Shown here in pieces: positions 52,433-64,000 of a stretch of 64,000 nt of DNA. The stretch is from Bispira polyomma. Lineage: Eukaryota. The notes under the pieces were generated by a model. That model did no database searches. It was not told the DNA's origin and was given only the letters and a program-made list of their open reading frames with translations. The stretch spans positions 32,054,001 to 32,118,000 of the forward strand of contig OZ287751.1 of NCBI GenBank assembly GCA_965649765.1. Direction: 5' to 3'. Every line of letters begins with the position of its first letter. Within the stretch, counting starts at the first letter, position 1. Made by a program: the position numbers and the translations under genes.

Positions 52433-54629
52433 CCTGTTTGAAGTTGTTTTGGTGCTTTTGATATTGTTTCTTCATTTGAACCTTTATAAAAGGTAATTTC
52501 TGTTTCTCTGTATCATTGGACCTTTACATATAAAAATATAGTTTGGCTGAGTACCATTCAATAAATCTGATTACTGGAAAAAAAAACGAGTACTCTTTCT
52601 ATTCTATGTATTATCCTCCATGATAAGTTTACAAGCTTCAGCCTTAAATATTAGTAATTTCCATTGGATGGCTTGTGGTATAAATATAGGGTACTATAAC
52701 ATATAAGGATATTACATCAGTATACATTAGCCTTATCAAGTAATACATGTAGTGATAGAATATATAAACTGACGCAGTAGTTGGCTGGAATTATGTTATA
52801 TTTCCAGCTTAGATCATGACTTTGCGTAAAGTTCAGTATGAGAGAGTTTATAACAGTGAGTCTGTTCATAATTGTTTTTAAACCAGTTGAAATACAAGAC
52901 ATGAATGTCAAATATTTGAGACAATTACTGACACATAATCATGATATAGCTAATATCTAAGTGAATTTATAATAAATCAATAAATTATATGATAACAAAC
53001 TATTAGTAAGCACTACAGTAAAGAAAAAAACTCTTCTCACATTTCCTTAATCTGGACTGAAAAGCAAAGCAAAAGATCTTATCAGATCTGTAATTCTATG
53101 GGATACAACATAATTAAAATATTGGATAATTGTTTATAAAAATTACCAAAATTGTGACAGTATTTATATGTAATACTTTTTTTTTTTTTTTGTAGTTTTT
53201 ATGCTATTTTTGTTCTGCTTTGTAATTAACACATTTTCACAGTATGTAAGGTATGTGTTAGACATTTTATCTTGTGGCCTTGAATTTGTAAGCTACAGGG
53301 ATATTCACACTTTATAACATAAAATGAAACAAATAAATGGTGAACTGTATTAAGCTAGATGGAGTACTTTTTAACATGTTTCTACATTTTAGAAACATTT
53401 CTAGTTGTTTATTTTTGTGACCTTTTGTAAAAATATACAAAAAGCCATTTACTGTATGTTTTTGAACTATTAAGTTAAAATCCTGCTAAGTAGATACATT
53501 TCTCTTAATCCTTTGAGGTTCGAATAAATGGGGTTTAACTTTATATAAGCACAATTCTGTCTGGAATGTTTTAATCCAATTGCACCCATCAAAATGCTCA
53601 GTAGACAGTAAATGATTACTTTGTGCTGACATCAGATTATTATATCCATATATAACACCATAGTCTCTTGTCATTGTTTTGAAGTTTTGGTGAACATTTA
53701 ATACATATATCCCATACTGAAAGCTTTCTTGGGTTTTAGTTTTTGAAACTCTACTTTGAACAAAAATCAACACTTGTCTATGGATGTAATAAAATAAGAT
53801 TTACTCTACCTTTTCTGAGCTTATTTGTCCTATCACTTGGAAATGGAGTGGTGTATCGGATGCATTTCCCTGTAGAAAGTAGAATTATATTCAATATTAT
53901 TAAGCAGTGGAAATGGGGACATGTTTTTTTGAAGATGCCTGTATTGATTATTGCTGTGTAAGATTTGTTTGGCACATTAAGAGTACCATATCTAGAATTT
54001 ATTGTTTGTCTTTTTGGGTCTGATGATAGATCTATGGACTATTCATACCTACTTTTTATTTATTATAAGTAACAACAATATTACACACACAGAAGTTCAG
54101 ATATTACTAGCACCAAGTTTTAGGGAGTATCTATTAATCGATTTTACTCAATCATTTCTAAAAAGACACTCATAGTTAAGACAATACACTAACTGGTAAT
54201 TATGTTTGGTGAACTATAGGTTGATAGGGTATACATTATTGGATAGTCTAAATCATTGTAGCAATAAATGTCCTTTTACATTTGTCCAACTCAATCTTTT
54301 GTTGTGTTGTTTTTTTCAACTTCATTATCTAAGTTCTTGCTATTTATTGAATTATTTTTTTTTTGTATTGATATAATGTACTGTATGTTTGTTAGTTTCT
54401 TTAGCAACATAGTGTACATCAAAACATACCATACACATGTATCTCTCAGCCTGTCTTCAGAAGGAATTTTAAAACATTTGCATGTTAAATTACTTATTTA
54501 TTTTTTTAATTGATCAAATAAGCCAATAATATGTTTCAGAGTCTGTGCATCATTGAGAAAAAGCAGTACATTAACTGGTTTGACTGTGTAAATTGTAGGA
54601 GTGGCAGACGATCATGTTCCCTCTCGTCT

Positions 54630-55001
54630 ATGTTCCCTTACCAGAGGCCTGAGAAGGACTCCGGTGATTCATCCTTGGAGTCCAGCATGGATACAACTAC
54701 CTCCGTGACACAACAAACACAAAATTTGTACCACAGAACGCGTATTCTGGAATTCAGTAGTCAGAGTCTGGATGAAGACAAAGATTATACAAGTAAAATA
54801 TATGACAAAGTCCACACCCTGCTATTGGTAGTGCACACCAAGACACGCCATAGTAAAATGACTCAGCACATCATAGAAACAAGCATAGAATGTTTGGACA
54901 ACTTCAGCGCAGAGGAAGCATCCAAAGCATTCATCAAATTGGAAACATTTGCAAGGAACTTAATCAATCAACCATGGAAAGTAGGATATAGAAGAATAAA
55001 G
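54630..55001 (+). CDS. SPATA2: SPATA2/tamozhennic-like protein, first coding exon (PUB domain N-half); start codon uncertain
   Basis: AFIKLETFARNLINQPWKVGYRRIK resembles the SPATA2 PUB motif (LE....NL...PWKKEFRSIK); phase-0 GTAAG donor at 55002. Confidence 0.8.
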
Positions 55002-56027
55002 GTAAGCTGAAACATGAGCAATCATACATACATGTAGGTTCAACCTATTTCCTTAAACAATTTTACTGGTAGCTTAAGTTATATTTGACTTTTTGCATAA
55101 GTCTATTACAGACTTTGTGTTGTTGCAAAGTAAATATATTATCTGTAGGACTCTATTTGATGATTTATTAATTCATATCAATATTTGAAAGGGCAAAGCC
55201 AAAGACTCACAGTGCTGCACAGCAAAAATAGGGCTCACAAAGAAAATACAAGCCTAAAACTTGCATTGCATTGTTTTAGCCTTGCATTTATGATTTCTGT
55301 TTTGCATGTGAAGATTGTTGTGTAATGTAAAACTAAGGGCAATATAATTTACTGTACAAGCAGAGAAATTGCATTATAAAACAAATATTATGAATGCATG
55401 TATTACTTATCTAAAACCACAAACTAGGGCAGACACAAATGTAAATAGAGCATAACTTTGCAGTCTTAGGAGTCTGGATAGTGTAAGGGTACCATTATTG
55501 CCTCTTATATCTGCAGTCATGGGTCTAAATATAGACCCATGCATTTATGTGAGATAGTTGGGTACACTCTTGCTTAAGGCTGGTGGTTTACAATACAGAA
55601 ATCTAGACAAATTACATTGTAATCCCCCTCTCATAAAATAATATGAAGGTAGTGAAAGTTAAACCCTAACAAAAGTAGAGAGCTGACAGCTTTATTATCT
55701 GAGGGGTCTTTCTAAACGCTGTCTCAAAATACAAAAATATAATACAACTTTACAGTTCATACTTGAACTTGTGTATTATCCACATAGCGCATTAAGACTT
55801 GAAGTCTCACTTGTAGATAAAACTATATAGTTGTACTTGCAGTCAATAGTATTTCCCTTTGTTTAATGTACCATAAATAATGATATTCAGCCATTTACTT
55901 TTCATTACGCTGTATCAAAGAAGGGTGTAATTGAGTGTCCAACACATAGCTTCCACAATGATGAAGGGTTTAGGGACATGATAGGGTGTCGAATCATTTG
56001 TGTCACAAGTGTTTGTTCCTTTTGCAG

Positions 56028-57623
56028 ATATACTCAGGATTTCTGAAGCTGCACATAGACAGGTACCTGAAAGGAACCAAGGTAGTGTTTGACGCGCTTG
56101 GCTACCGAAAAGACAATGATGTATTGGTTTTGGAGAAAAAAGTTGGTCAGAGAGACAAGGAAACGGTAGCATTGGACTGCTATATAGCTCATGTGGAAAT
56201 GCAGGTTATGAAAGAGCTTTTCACTAAAGTATCTGTGTTGGGTTACAGTTACATGGATGTTTATCGCAGTAGACAGCATTGCATTGATTTATCATCTTGT
56301 GAAAATTGGATTTTCAAACACTGCAAACCTAAACCAAGAGTTCCTGTTGAAACAGATTATACTGGTGCTAGCAATTATGTTAGCTTGCCACCTGAAATAA
56401 GCAAAGAAGCACAAGTTAGTCATCCCCCAAAACTTTCCTCTAGACAAGATGAAGGCTTAGATATTTATTCCCCTCCACAGACAAGAGACAGACAGTCATT
56501 TGTTAGTATTGATGGAGCATTAAAAAAAAATGAAAGATCTAAAAGCGCAACTGAAGGAAGTGATAAAATAGGCTATGCAACAGGGACATTTGATGATCAT
56601 ATGAAAGAATCCATGAGGATTCTAAATGAAGATAAAGCTAGTCCTGGGGTGGCCCCCCCATCCTATGAAGCATCTAGTATGTACCCTAACGACAAGAGCT
56701 CAGAGGATGAGTGGCAAGATGTGAGAGAGAAAATCAAGAATATGGGCTCACAGTTTGCAGATCCAGGAGGCAGAGGAGATATATTGGGCACTGGTAAAGC
56801 TAATCAGGGTCTACCAGTGAAGCAGCCAGCAACTTCTAAAACCCAAATTCCATCCATTAACCCTCGACCTCCTATTCGGGACAGTGCGTGTAAGCCAAAG
56901 CAGAGAACAAAGCAATTTGGTAGGACAGACTTGGTAGCTGACGGCGATCCAGAATCTCCCAATAGATCACCAACGGAAGGTGTTAAAGTGTCCAGTACAG
57001 GGGAGAACTTAATAGCTAGTATTCACAATAGTACTCCATATCCTGCAGTAAGACCTCGACAGCCAGAGTTCTCCACGTTTAGAACGACCGATATAGATTC
57101 ACAAAACCCCCAGTATGTCACTAAACTTGCTGTACCAACTGCAAAGCCCAAGCACTTTACCAATAGTCAGAAGGGCTTTAACGAGACAGATAGTGGGGAT
57201 AATGGGGACTATGTCAGTCTACGAGAAACAATTACAACTACTGCAGACCTAAAACATGGAAAGCCAAGTTTCCAGGACAACTTTCAGAAAACAACTGCAA
57301 GATTTTATCAGCATGATGCTTCATTGCACTCACTGCCAATTTTGGATGGCAAAAAGAAGAAGAAAATTGATGAAAACAACATTTTAAAAACAACGCCCGC
57401 TAGGTCTGTGAGTATATGGGAATGTGAGAAATGCACATATGCAAATAAAGGGCGAGTGGAGCAGTGTGAAATGTGTGGCACAAGTAGAGTTAAAGGTGCT
57501 GAGCAAATGCCTCTCAGGTCTGGAGGCGCCCAGTGTCAGTCGTGTACTCTGGTGAATACACCAGGCAGTAGGCTCTGTGTTGCATGTGGAGGGACATTGA
57601 AGGGATCACCTACATACATTTAG
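56028..57623 (+). CDS. SPATA2: SPATA2/tamozhennic-like protein, last exon (PUB C-half, disordered linker, two RanBP2/NZF zinc fingers)
   Basis: tttgcag acceptor, IYSGF...VFDALGY PUB motif; WECEKCTYAN..CEMCG and CQSCTLVN..CVACG fingers; long intact ORF. Confidence 0.85.
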   Translation: MYSGFLKLHIDRYLKGTKVVFDALGYRKDNDVLVLEKKVGQRDKETVALDCYIAHVEMQVMKELFTKVSVLGYSYMDVYRSRQHCIDLSSCENWIFKHCKPKPRVPVETDYTGASNYVSLPPEISKEAQVSHPPKLSSRQDEGLDIYSPPQTRDRQSFVSIDGALKKNERSKSATEGSDKIGYATGTFDDHMKESMRILNEDKASPGVAPPSYEASSMYPNDKSSEDEWQDVREKIKNMGSQFADPGGRGDILGTGKANQGLPVKQPATSKTQIPSINPRPPIRDSACKPKQRTKQFGRTDLVADGDPESPNRSPTEGVKVSSTGENLIASIHNSTPYPAVRPRQPEFSTFRTTDIDSQNPQYVTKLAVPTAKPKHFTNSQKGFNETDSGDNGDYVSLRETITTTADLKHGKPSFQDNFQKTTARFYQHDASLHSLPILDGKKKKKIDENNILKTTPARSVSIWECEKCTYANKGRVEQCEMCGTSRVKGAEQMPLRSGGAQCQSCTLVNTPGSRLCVACGGTLKGSPTYI

Positions 57624-58733
57624 AGACATGAAAATGTAGAGGACACATCTGCTTATCTTGTTGGTACAAAATAGATTTCGAAAAAGAGATCAAACTGGAT
57701 CTTTGATTGTTAGGTTGTTTTTTTTCTTCCCCATAACCACAGCTTTAAATTAAATTTTGCTTTTTTCCCTTTAACCACAGCTTTGAATGAAATTTTGCTT
57801 TTCAGTAGAATAGCTCCTTTTAATTATTTTTTCGTAAATTATATATTGTTCATTTAAATTGAATCTTGCTACTCCTTAAATCGGTATTTATTTTAATAAA
57901 TACTGAACTGTACTTCTATGGTGTGTATGAAAATCACTAAGTCAAAAATAAATACACAGACTTTAAAATATTTCAAAGCTTCCCATGCTTTAAACTTGGA
58001 GGTAGTACATTGTGGATATTTGTATCAGCTGATGGAATTGTGTCGCCAACGGTGCAGATCCTAGTGTCCCTGAGATGTCTGCTTCAGTACAATAGTGCAT
58101 GACCACCCAACAACCCAAGAATGTCTAATTACAAGTGTTTACTTGTCTCATCTCCAAATACTCAAATATTTTGAAGGATTTCTTTAAATCAAAGGGAGAA
58201 AAATGTGCAAGTTTCAAATAAAATGAGGTTAGGTTCTATGGAAAATTAGGAATGTGTTCAATTTTCCCATATTTATTGTACAGAACTGCCTATTTATAAC
58301 TAAAATTGTAGTTTAATACTTGTTACATGTTGCATCTTATGTGGATACAATTTTAAGTGTAACAGTATTGGTATTTTTCCTTCTGCAGTTATATAATTAT
58401 TTGTGGTCACCAGTGCCATCTGGGCAGCGGCGTGTCACATCTTGTGGGCCCTCGGCAGACAAAACCACTGGGTGACATCTGTTTTTCTTGGGAATATTTT
58501 AGCTTTACACCCTGTGGGCGATCTACAAATAAGACTACTCTACAGACCAAAATGTTCACTGCATTTTTGCAAAATTTTCAGGATGTGTTTATCCCAACTG
58601 CCTGTCATGCAACTTTTGAAAGTTTTCTTTGAATATTTTGACATTTATTACTTGTTTGTGCTCTACAGTCTAAACTGCACAACAAATTTGGGAGACTTCA
58701 TACTTTGCCATGGTTCATACTATACAAATTCAG

Positions 58734-59462
58734 TTTTTGTGTCGCCTGCTCTGGCAGACACATTGGGATTGCTTTGTTCGTCTGTTGTCGCCACGCTTTC
58801 GTTTTTGGACTCTAAGTTGAACACTGCTTGATGGATTTCATTCATATTTGGTACACAGATGTATATGGACCTGAAGAGAAACCCTATTGTATGGTGGCCT
58901 TAAACTCCTAAGAGTTAAAATTTTATGACAACTTTAGGGTTTTAGCATGTTTCAGTCATTCCAGACTCTAACTCCAAAACTGCTTGATGGATTTCATCCA
59001 TATTTGGCACACGCATGTATATGAACCTGAGGAGGAACCCTATTGTGTGGTCACCTTAAACTCATAACAGTAAAAGAAAAAAAATGAGTTAAAAGTTACG
59101 ACATGTTTGATTACTTTCAGACTTCCACACAAAATCTGTTTCTATACACTTTTAGGTTAATATTTGAGGTTGAGAGCAATTTTTGTCAATTTTGTCCACT
59201 TCACTAGAACGGTAGACTAACCCACCCTCACGAAAACGGATTATTATTTTGTGAAGAATGTTTTTGGGGTCTCGTAAATTTTGAAAAGCTTCGAATTAAA
59301 ATATGTAGTATATACTAGCTCCACCTGGCAAAAATTTGTTTCATTTCCTTAAAGTAAAAGTAATGGTACCACTGGATGCTTGTTTTATACTTTTCTGCGT
59401 TTATACAATTTTTTCTCTTTCTAACTTCCCTAAGAGCAGGAGACACAGTAACTTATTTCTTG
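58734..59462 (+). mobile_element. Helentron-associated (HINE/DINE-like) non-autonomous element
   Basis: T-rich ends, subterminal IR TGTGTCGCCTGCTCT (58738) / AGAGCAGGAGACACA (59433), internal ~155-bp core repeats. Confidence 0.65.
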
Positions 59463-60217
59463 TATTAATATACCTCTCTCTGAAATGTTAACATCTGCAT
59501 TCTGCTGTATTTCTGCCAGGATGACTTCTGCCCCTAGCAATTCCACCTTCCACACAATTCCAATACAACCTTTCCACGACAACTGCCTTTTATATTGGCA
59601 CCACCCCTAGTCCAGCCAAATTCAGATAATTAAATGTCGCTTCAATGGATAAACAACTCTTTATCATATTAGCCAAGTGTTGCAAGAGACATTTGTTAAG
59701 GAAAACTTTGAATACCTTGAAGTTATACTTCACTCTTTGGGCTTGGGTGTGCAAATGGACCAATATTGGCAAAATTTCTGTTGTAACTTTGTCACCAGGT
59801 CTGAAAAGATTTAGTTTCCACTATATCCCAGCCACGATTTTTTATTTTGGTATAAATAGGTATTTTGGGATGCAAAGTTTAACCTCGTGCTTTGGCCTCC
59901 TGTTGTTCATTGACCTTGCATATTTTATCGCCTCAACTTTAAAAGGCTAGTCCAGAAGCCAACTCAGCATTTTAAGTGCGCATACCCAACTCAGGATATA
60001 TAATAGCATGTGTGAGCGATAACAAGAGTATTTCCAAATCTCGCAAAATATCTTCAATTTCGTCCCACTTCAGATTTCAAAATAACTTAACACAACTAAT
60101 ATTAAGCCCTAATATAGGCAATCTTGGTATCCATAGAAAGGTTTTGACGAGAGATTCTTGATTATAGGGCAATTTTTACAATAATTGTATGCAATACTAA
60201 TTAATTTGAGATTATGT

Positions 60218-60745
60218 GATTTGTTTCAGTTTGCGTTCAGTGGTTTGTTTATCCCAAACCAAAGCAGTTATTTATACATGCGCCTTTTAAATGCTAAATT
60301 GGCTATGCACGACGAAGCACTTAACAAGGAAACACAAATGTGGTCAAATATTTATTAGTGTCGATGTAAAACATTGAGTATTGACCTTTAGAGCCTGCGA
60401 CATAATCTTTATATTAAATCATATTAGTATATCTAGGGAACTTGTTGATTATAATGCAAGTTTTACAATACTTGTACGTTATAACAATTATTTTGACAAA
60501 ATGTGAATACCTGATTTGTTTCAGTTAGCGTTCAGTGGTTTGTTTATCCCGAACCAAAGCAGTTATTTATACATGCGCACTTGAAATGCTACATTGGCTT
60601 TTATGCGTGATGAAGCAATGGTCCAGGGAACACAGATGTGGTCAAATATTTATCAATGTTGATGTACAGCATTAAATTCTGGCCTTTTGAACCTTTGACG
60701 TAATCTTGATATTAAATTGTATTATATCTCCAGAACTTGTTTTAT
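60218..60745. repeat. Diverged ~295-bp tandem duplication
   Basis: GATTTGTTTCAGTT.GCGTTCAGTGG... at 60218 and 60513. Confidence 0.85.
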
Positions 60746-62348
60746 CCTGTTAATTTATTGCAATTTTGAAAATTTCACCTGAACTGTTTTCTTGAGGAGC
60801 TATGGCAGTAAATATTTCTGCCTAATGAAAAATGTAAATTTCTTTTGAGTGAATTGTGAAAAACAAACAATTATGGTTAAATTGTAGTTGTAAAATATTG
60901 AAATTTTATGCCAGCTTAAATTTTCATCTCTGCTGTGGTTTAATGTCACAGTTGGGTCTTCAAAATTTAATCTATGTTGTTCCAGATTTTTTTACTATTG
61001 GGCTGCAGGACATCTAGGTCAGGGAGTCTATGATAAAGGTTTCATTGAATTATCAGCTTATTTTTAAAGTTTGTGTAAAAACAGGAGATTGCAAAGTTTC
61101 AACATTTTTTTTTTGCGTTGTACAATGTTGGACATTCAACAGGATGATTCTACCTTTATGCTCCTCAAAGTACTCCTTTCTTTTTCAAGCAAGCAGTCTT
61201 TACTGAGATAAAGAAGTAAGCAAAATATGGTAAATAATTTTTATACCCTGTGGCACCGGCTTGAACTTATTCAGATGCAATATGCTTTTGGACCGTCTGT
61301 GAACAACCTATCAAATTGCTCTTGCCTATGTTTGAGAAGGTTGTAAATATTTGGTATACAAATAGCACAGTCAGTTGATCTTTAAAAGTTGGCTTATTTC
61401 CGTTTCATCAAATCTGATTACAGGTTTGTGATTTAGATTATTATTTAACCTAGTACCTTAAAATTTTATGCAATAAAAAATAGGCTCTAAAAAGTTCAAT
61501 AATAGTAATAATTACCTGGACATTGCACGAGTTTGAATAGCGCGACAAAAATTAAATTTGTACTTGTGTAATATGCAACACAAACTCGTCAATTTTTTCC
61601 TTTTGATGTTGGGAGTAGGGTATTCATATTTGGTATTTTAGTAGACATGACCAGGAGTTTTTAGTTGGAATTTGGTGAACAAATTTTAACTTAAAGGTTG
61701 ACCTTTGTATAGTTGATAGCATTTGGACTTAATGTTGCACAACTCAACGTTATGGTCATGGCAGATCTGTTATATCTATAAACAGACATGAACCTGTCTG
61801 ATTTTTGAATCGTAAAAAGAATGGACTTTAATATTGACCTTAGAACAGGTTGGAATACATATCTAGACTTGTACATCATATTTGACATTGATTGTGCAGC
61901 CACATGTTTTAATTTACAAGTCTTACAACCTACCATTGTATATGTTCTACATCAAAACTCTTTTGGGAAATCCTGGTTTAAAATGAGTATCAATCTTGCT
62001 TAAACAGGTTTGTGTAACCACATATTTGAAAACTTGTCTTACAACCTGCCATTGTAAATCTAGCATGAATTAAATTTAATAATCCCTGCATCAGAGGCAT
62101 CTGCAATGTCGAGACACATTTCTAAATTTCTTTACGAGTGCAACCATTTATAAGATACCAATGTTTGGCATTTTATATCCACATGACTGAAGGGCAATAT
62201 ATATTTTGAGTTAGTTACTTTTATTTGACACAAAAACCAAATATATGGGGCTTTGCTTAAATAAATAGACTAAAAAAAAGTCTAGTGCAGTCTGAAATGT
62301 CACTTTTATTTCATCAGTTTACAAAACAACTTTTAGTCTTGTAGCACA

Positions 62349-62450
62349 CTATTTTTTATGCACTTTCTTGTTTGGTTTACGAGACTGGACAGGGTTCTTC
62401 TTCTGGGCATTCCTTAGTTTACCAAACTGGATGTCGATCAGGCGGTTTCT
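62349..62450 (-). CDS. RPL14: RPL14 last exon
   Basis: RNRLIDIQFGKLRNAQKKNPVQSRKPNKKVHKK* continues the previous exon in phase; AATAAA at 62310-62305. Confidence 0.9.
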   Translation of the reverse strand, partial: RNRLIDIQFGKLRNAQKKNPVQSRKPNKKVHKK

Positions 62451-62795
62451 CTGCAATAGAAATATTACCATAATTATTACATAAACATAGAATATATGAA
62501 ATACAAAATAAATAGCACCTAGATTCAATGCATTATCAATAAGAATGACCTTCAATAAAGAAGTCGTGTGCATGTAACTTAAATTTAATAGTAAAATTTA
62601 TGGACTTAAGCATTGGCTTGTTTTGCCAATTATAAATTTGTAGCTAGACATGGTTCCTGATAAAGGGCACACACATATCTTCCACTATTAGTTTGAGCAA
62701 GCCAAGGAACTGCAATTCAAGTGGTATACTGAACATATTTTAGGGCTGTATTTACTTAAACTAAAAAGAAATTTTTTTTGAAATGCTATAACAGG

Positions 62796-63195
62796 TAGTG
62801 GGTAAATCGTTTGGGCTGGTAGAGATCAATATCAAAAGTAAAATAACTTCAATATCGGCCGATATCGGGAGGTAGCAAGAAAGTTGTGAAGTAACCAGAA
62901 CGACTTTTGAAAAAACTTGCCAAAACAACCACTAAATATGTTTACAGGTAGAAAGAGACATAAAATGGTTATAATTCATTGTTTAAAAGGTATTTACCTT
63001 AAAATACCATTAAAATTATTGTAAAAATGTTATCCCAAGGTGAAAGATATTTACCTTAAAAAAATAAAAATTACTGTAAAAATGTTATCCCAAAGTGAAT
63101 ATATGTCATTTATGATATTGAGGTGTTGGTATTTTACATCGATATCGGCATGCAAAAGCCCAAACAATAAATATTGATAAACAATTTACCCATTA
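62796..63195. mobile_element. hAT-type MITE in the RPL14 last intron
   Basis: TAGTGGGTAAAT...ATTTACCCATTA TIR; TSD ATAACAGG/ATAACGGG; paralogous empty site at ~63862-63880. Confidence 0.85.
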
Positions 63196-63288
63196 ATAAC
63201 GGGGAATACAAGGACACTGCACTGACGTTAACTCTAGATTTTCTAGGATTAAAGTTATAACTATTCTATGATAAAAGTTATAACTTTT

Positions 63289-63370
63289 GCATACATCAGG
63301 GTTGGATTGTTCACAATCATTTACAACTTGTGATATCATACGGCACTTCCAGTTTTCATCATTTGTACGC
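63289..63370 (-). ncRNA. Intronic box C/D snoRNA with two 28S guides (SNORD49/U49-like and SNORD69-like)
   Basis: - strand: stem GCGTACA, C box ATGATGA, guide GGAAGTGCCG + D' ATGA, C' ATGATT, guide GTGAACAATCCAAC + D box CTGA, stem TGTATGC; guides complement conserved 28S CGGCUCUUCC and GUUGGAUUGUUCAC; in an RPL14 intron in sense orientation. Confidence 0.9.
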
Positions 63371-63576
63371 TCGTCAACTAGACCCATTTAGTAGTGTCTG
63401 TCACTAAAGACACGAACATTTACAATGGCTCTATATATAAGTTACTTTAACATCATAAGAATTTTGAAGAAAAAATTTTTTCGAAGTTATGTATACTATA
63501 AACAATATATTCTATTAATTCCATGAAACCTTAAAAGCATTTAATGCACATCTTTTACGTAGAACTTTCTACTCAC

Positions 63577-63630
63577 AGCTTGCTTTGCCTTCATCAGCTT
63601 GAACCTATCAAAATCTGTCAGCTCTGCTCG
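63577..63630 (-). CDS. RPL14: 60S ribosomal protein L14 (eL14), penultimate exon
   Basis: RAELTDFDRFKLMKAKQA matches the eL14 motif (human ..MTDFDRFKVMKAKKM); ttttgtag acceptor, gtgagt donor. Confidence 0.93.
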
Positions 63631-63934
63631 CTACAAAAGAGGAAAAGGAAAACACTTCAGTAAAATATTATTGACCAATGACCGTTACATACCACTCAGT
63701 GACTGATGTGGTATACAAGTATACAACGGTAACGTTTTCAAATATCTTCCATCTTTAGTTTGGGAAAGCCGGGGAACTGCAATTTAAGTCTTATACAGAT
63801 ACACTGAACATATTTCAGGGAAGTCTTTACTTAAACTGAGAAGGAAGAAATATTAAAAATGCTATAACAGGGAATACTAGTGACACTGCACCAATGTTAA
63901 CTCCGGATTTTCTACGATTAAAGTTATCACTTCT

Positions 63935-64000
63935 GCATACATCAGGGTTGGATTGTTCACAATCATTTACAACTTGTGATATCATATGGCACTTCCAGTC
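63935..64000 (-). ncRNA. Second copy of the same C/D snoRNA (5' end beyond the window)
   Basis: Near-identical to 63289-63353, located in the next RPL14 intron. Confidence 0.85.

Noticed and set aside
59460-60170. Possible transposase or other coding remnant
   Set aside because: Slightly coding-like composition but no motif I can identify
62640-62720. Possible H/ACA snoRNA in the RPL14 last intron
   Set aside because: H box is imperfect, the second hairpin is weak and the ACA half is not retained in the paralogous copy

Overview
AT-rich animal genomic DNA, probably from a marine invertebrate (mollusc-like repeat landscape; taxon inferred, not certain). Three host genes are supported: a complete 8-exon MYLIP/IDOL (Dnr1-like) FERM-RING E3 ligase on the - strand (CDS 18873->8087), a SPATA2/tamozhennic-like PUB + 2x NZF gene on the + strand (54630->57623), and the last two coding exons of RPL14 on the - strand (63630->62349), whose introns carry two copies of a double-guide C/D box snoRNA. 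The ~33 kb between the divergent MYLIP and SPATA2 5' ends is a nest of decayed mobile elements: CR1/L2 LINEs, a Penelope RT with a hammerhead-like core, a DIRS/Ngaro retrotransposon, a piggyBac transposase, and an 8.4 kb internally deleted Maverick/Polinton (adintovirus-like) endogenous virus with TIRs, TSD, integrase, pX-like, major capsid, adenain protease and a zinc-finger-tipped packaging ATPase. The least explained object is a 3.1 kb insertion (35671-38809) bounded by GC-rich structured repeats with tRNA-like D- and T-arms in a flip/flop arrangement. All alignments and identities were judged by eye.
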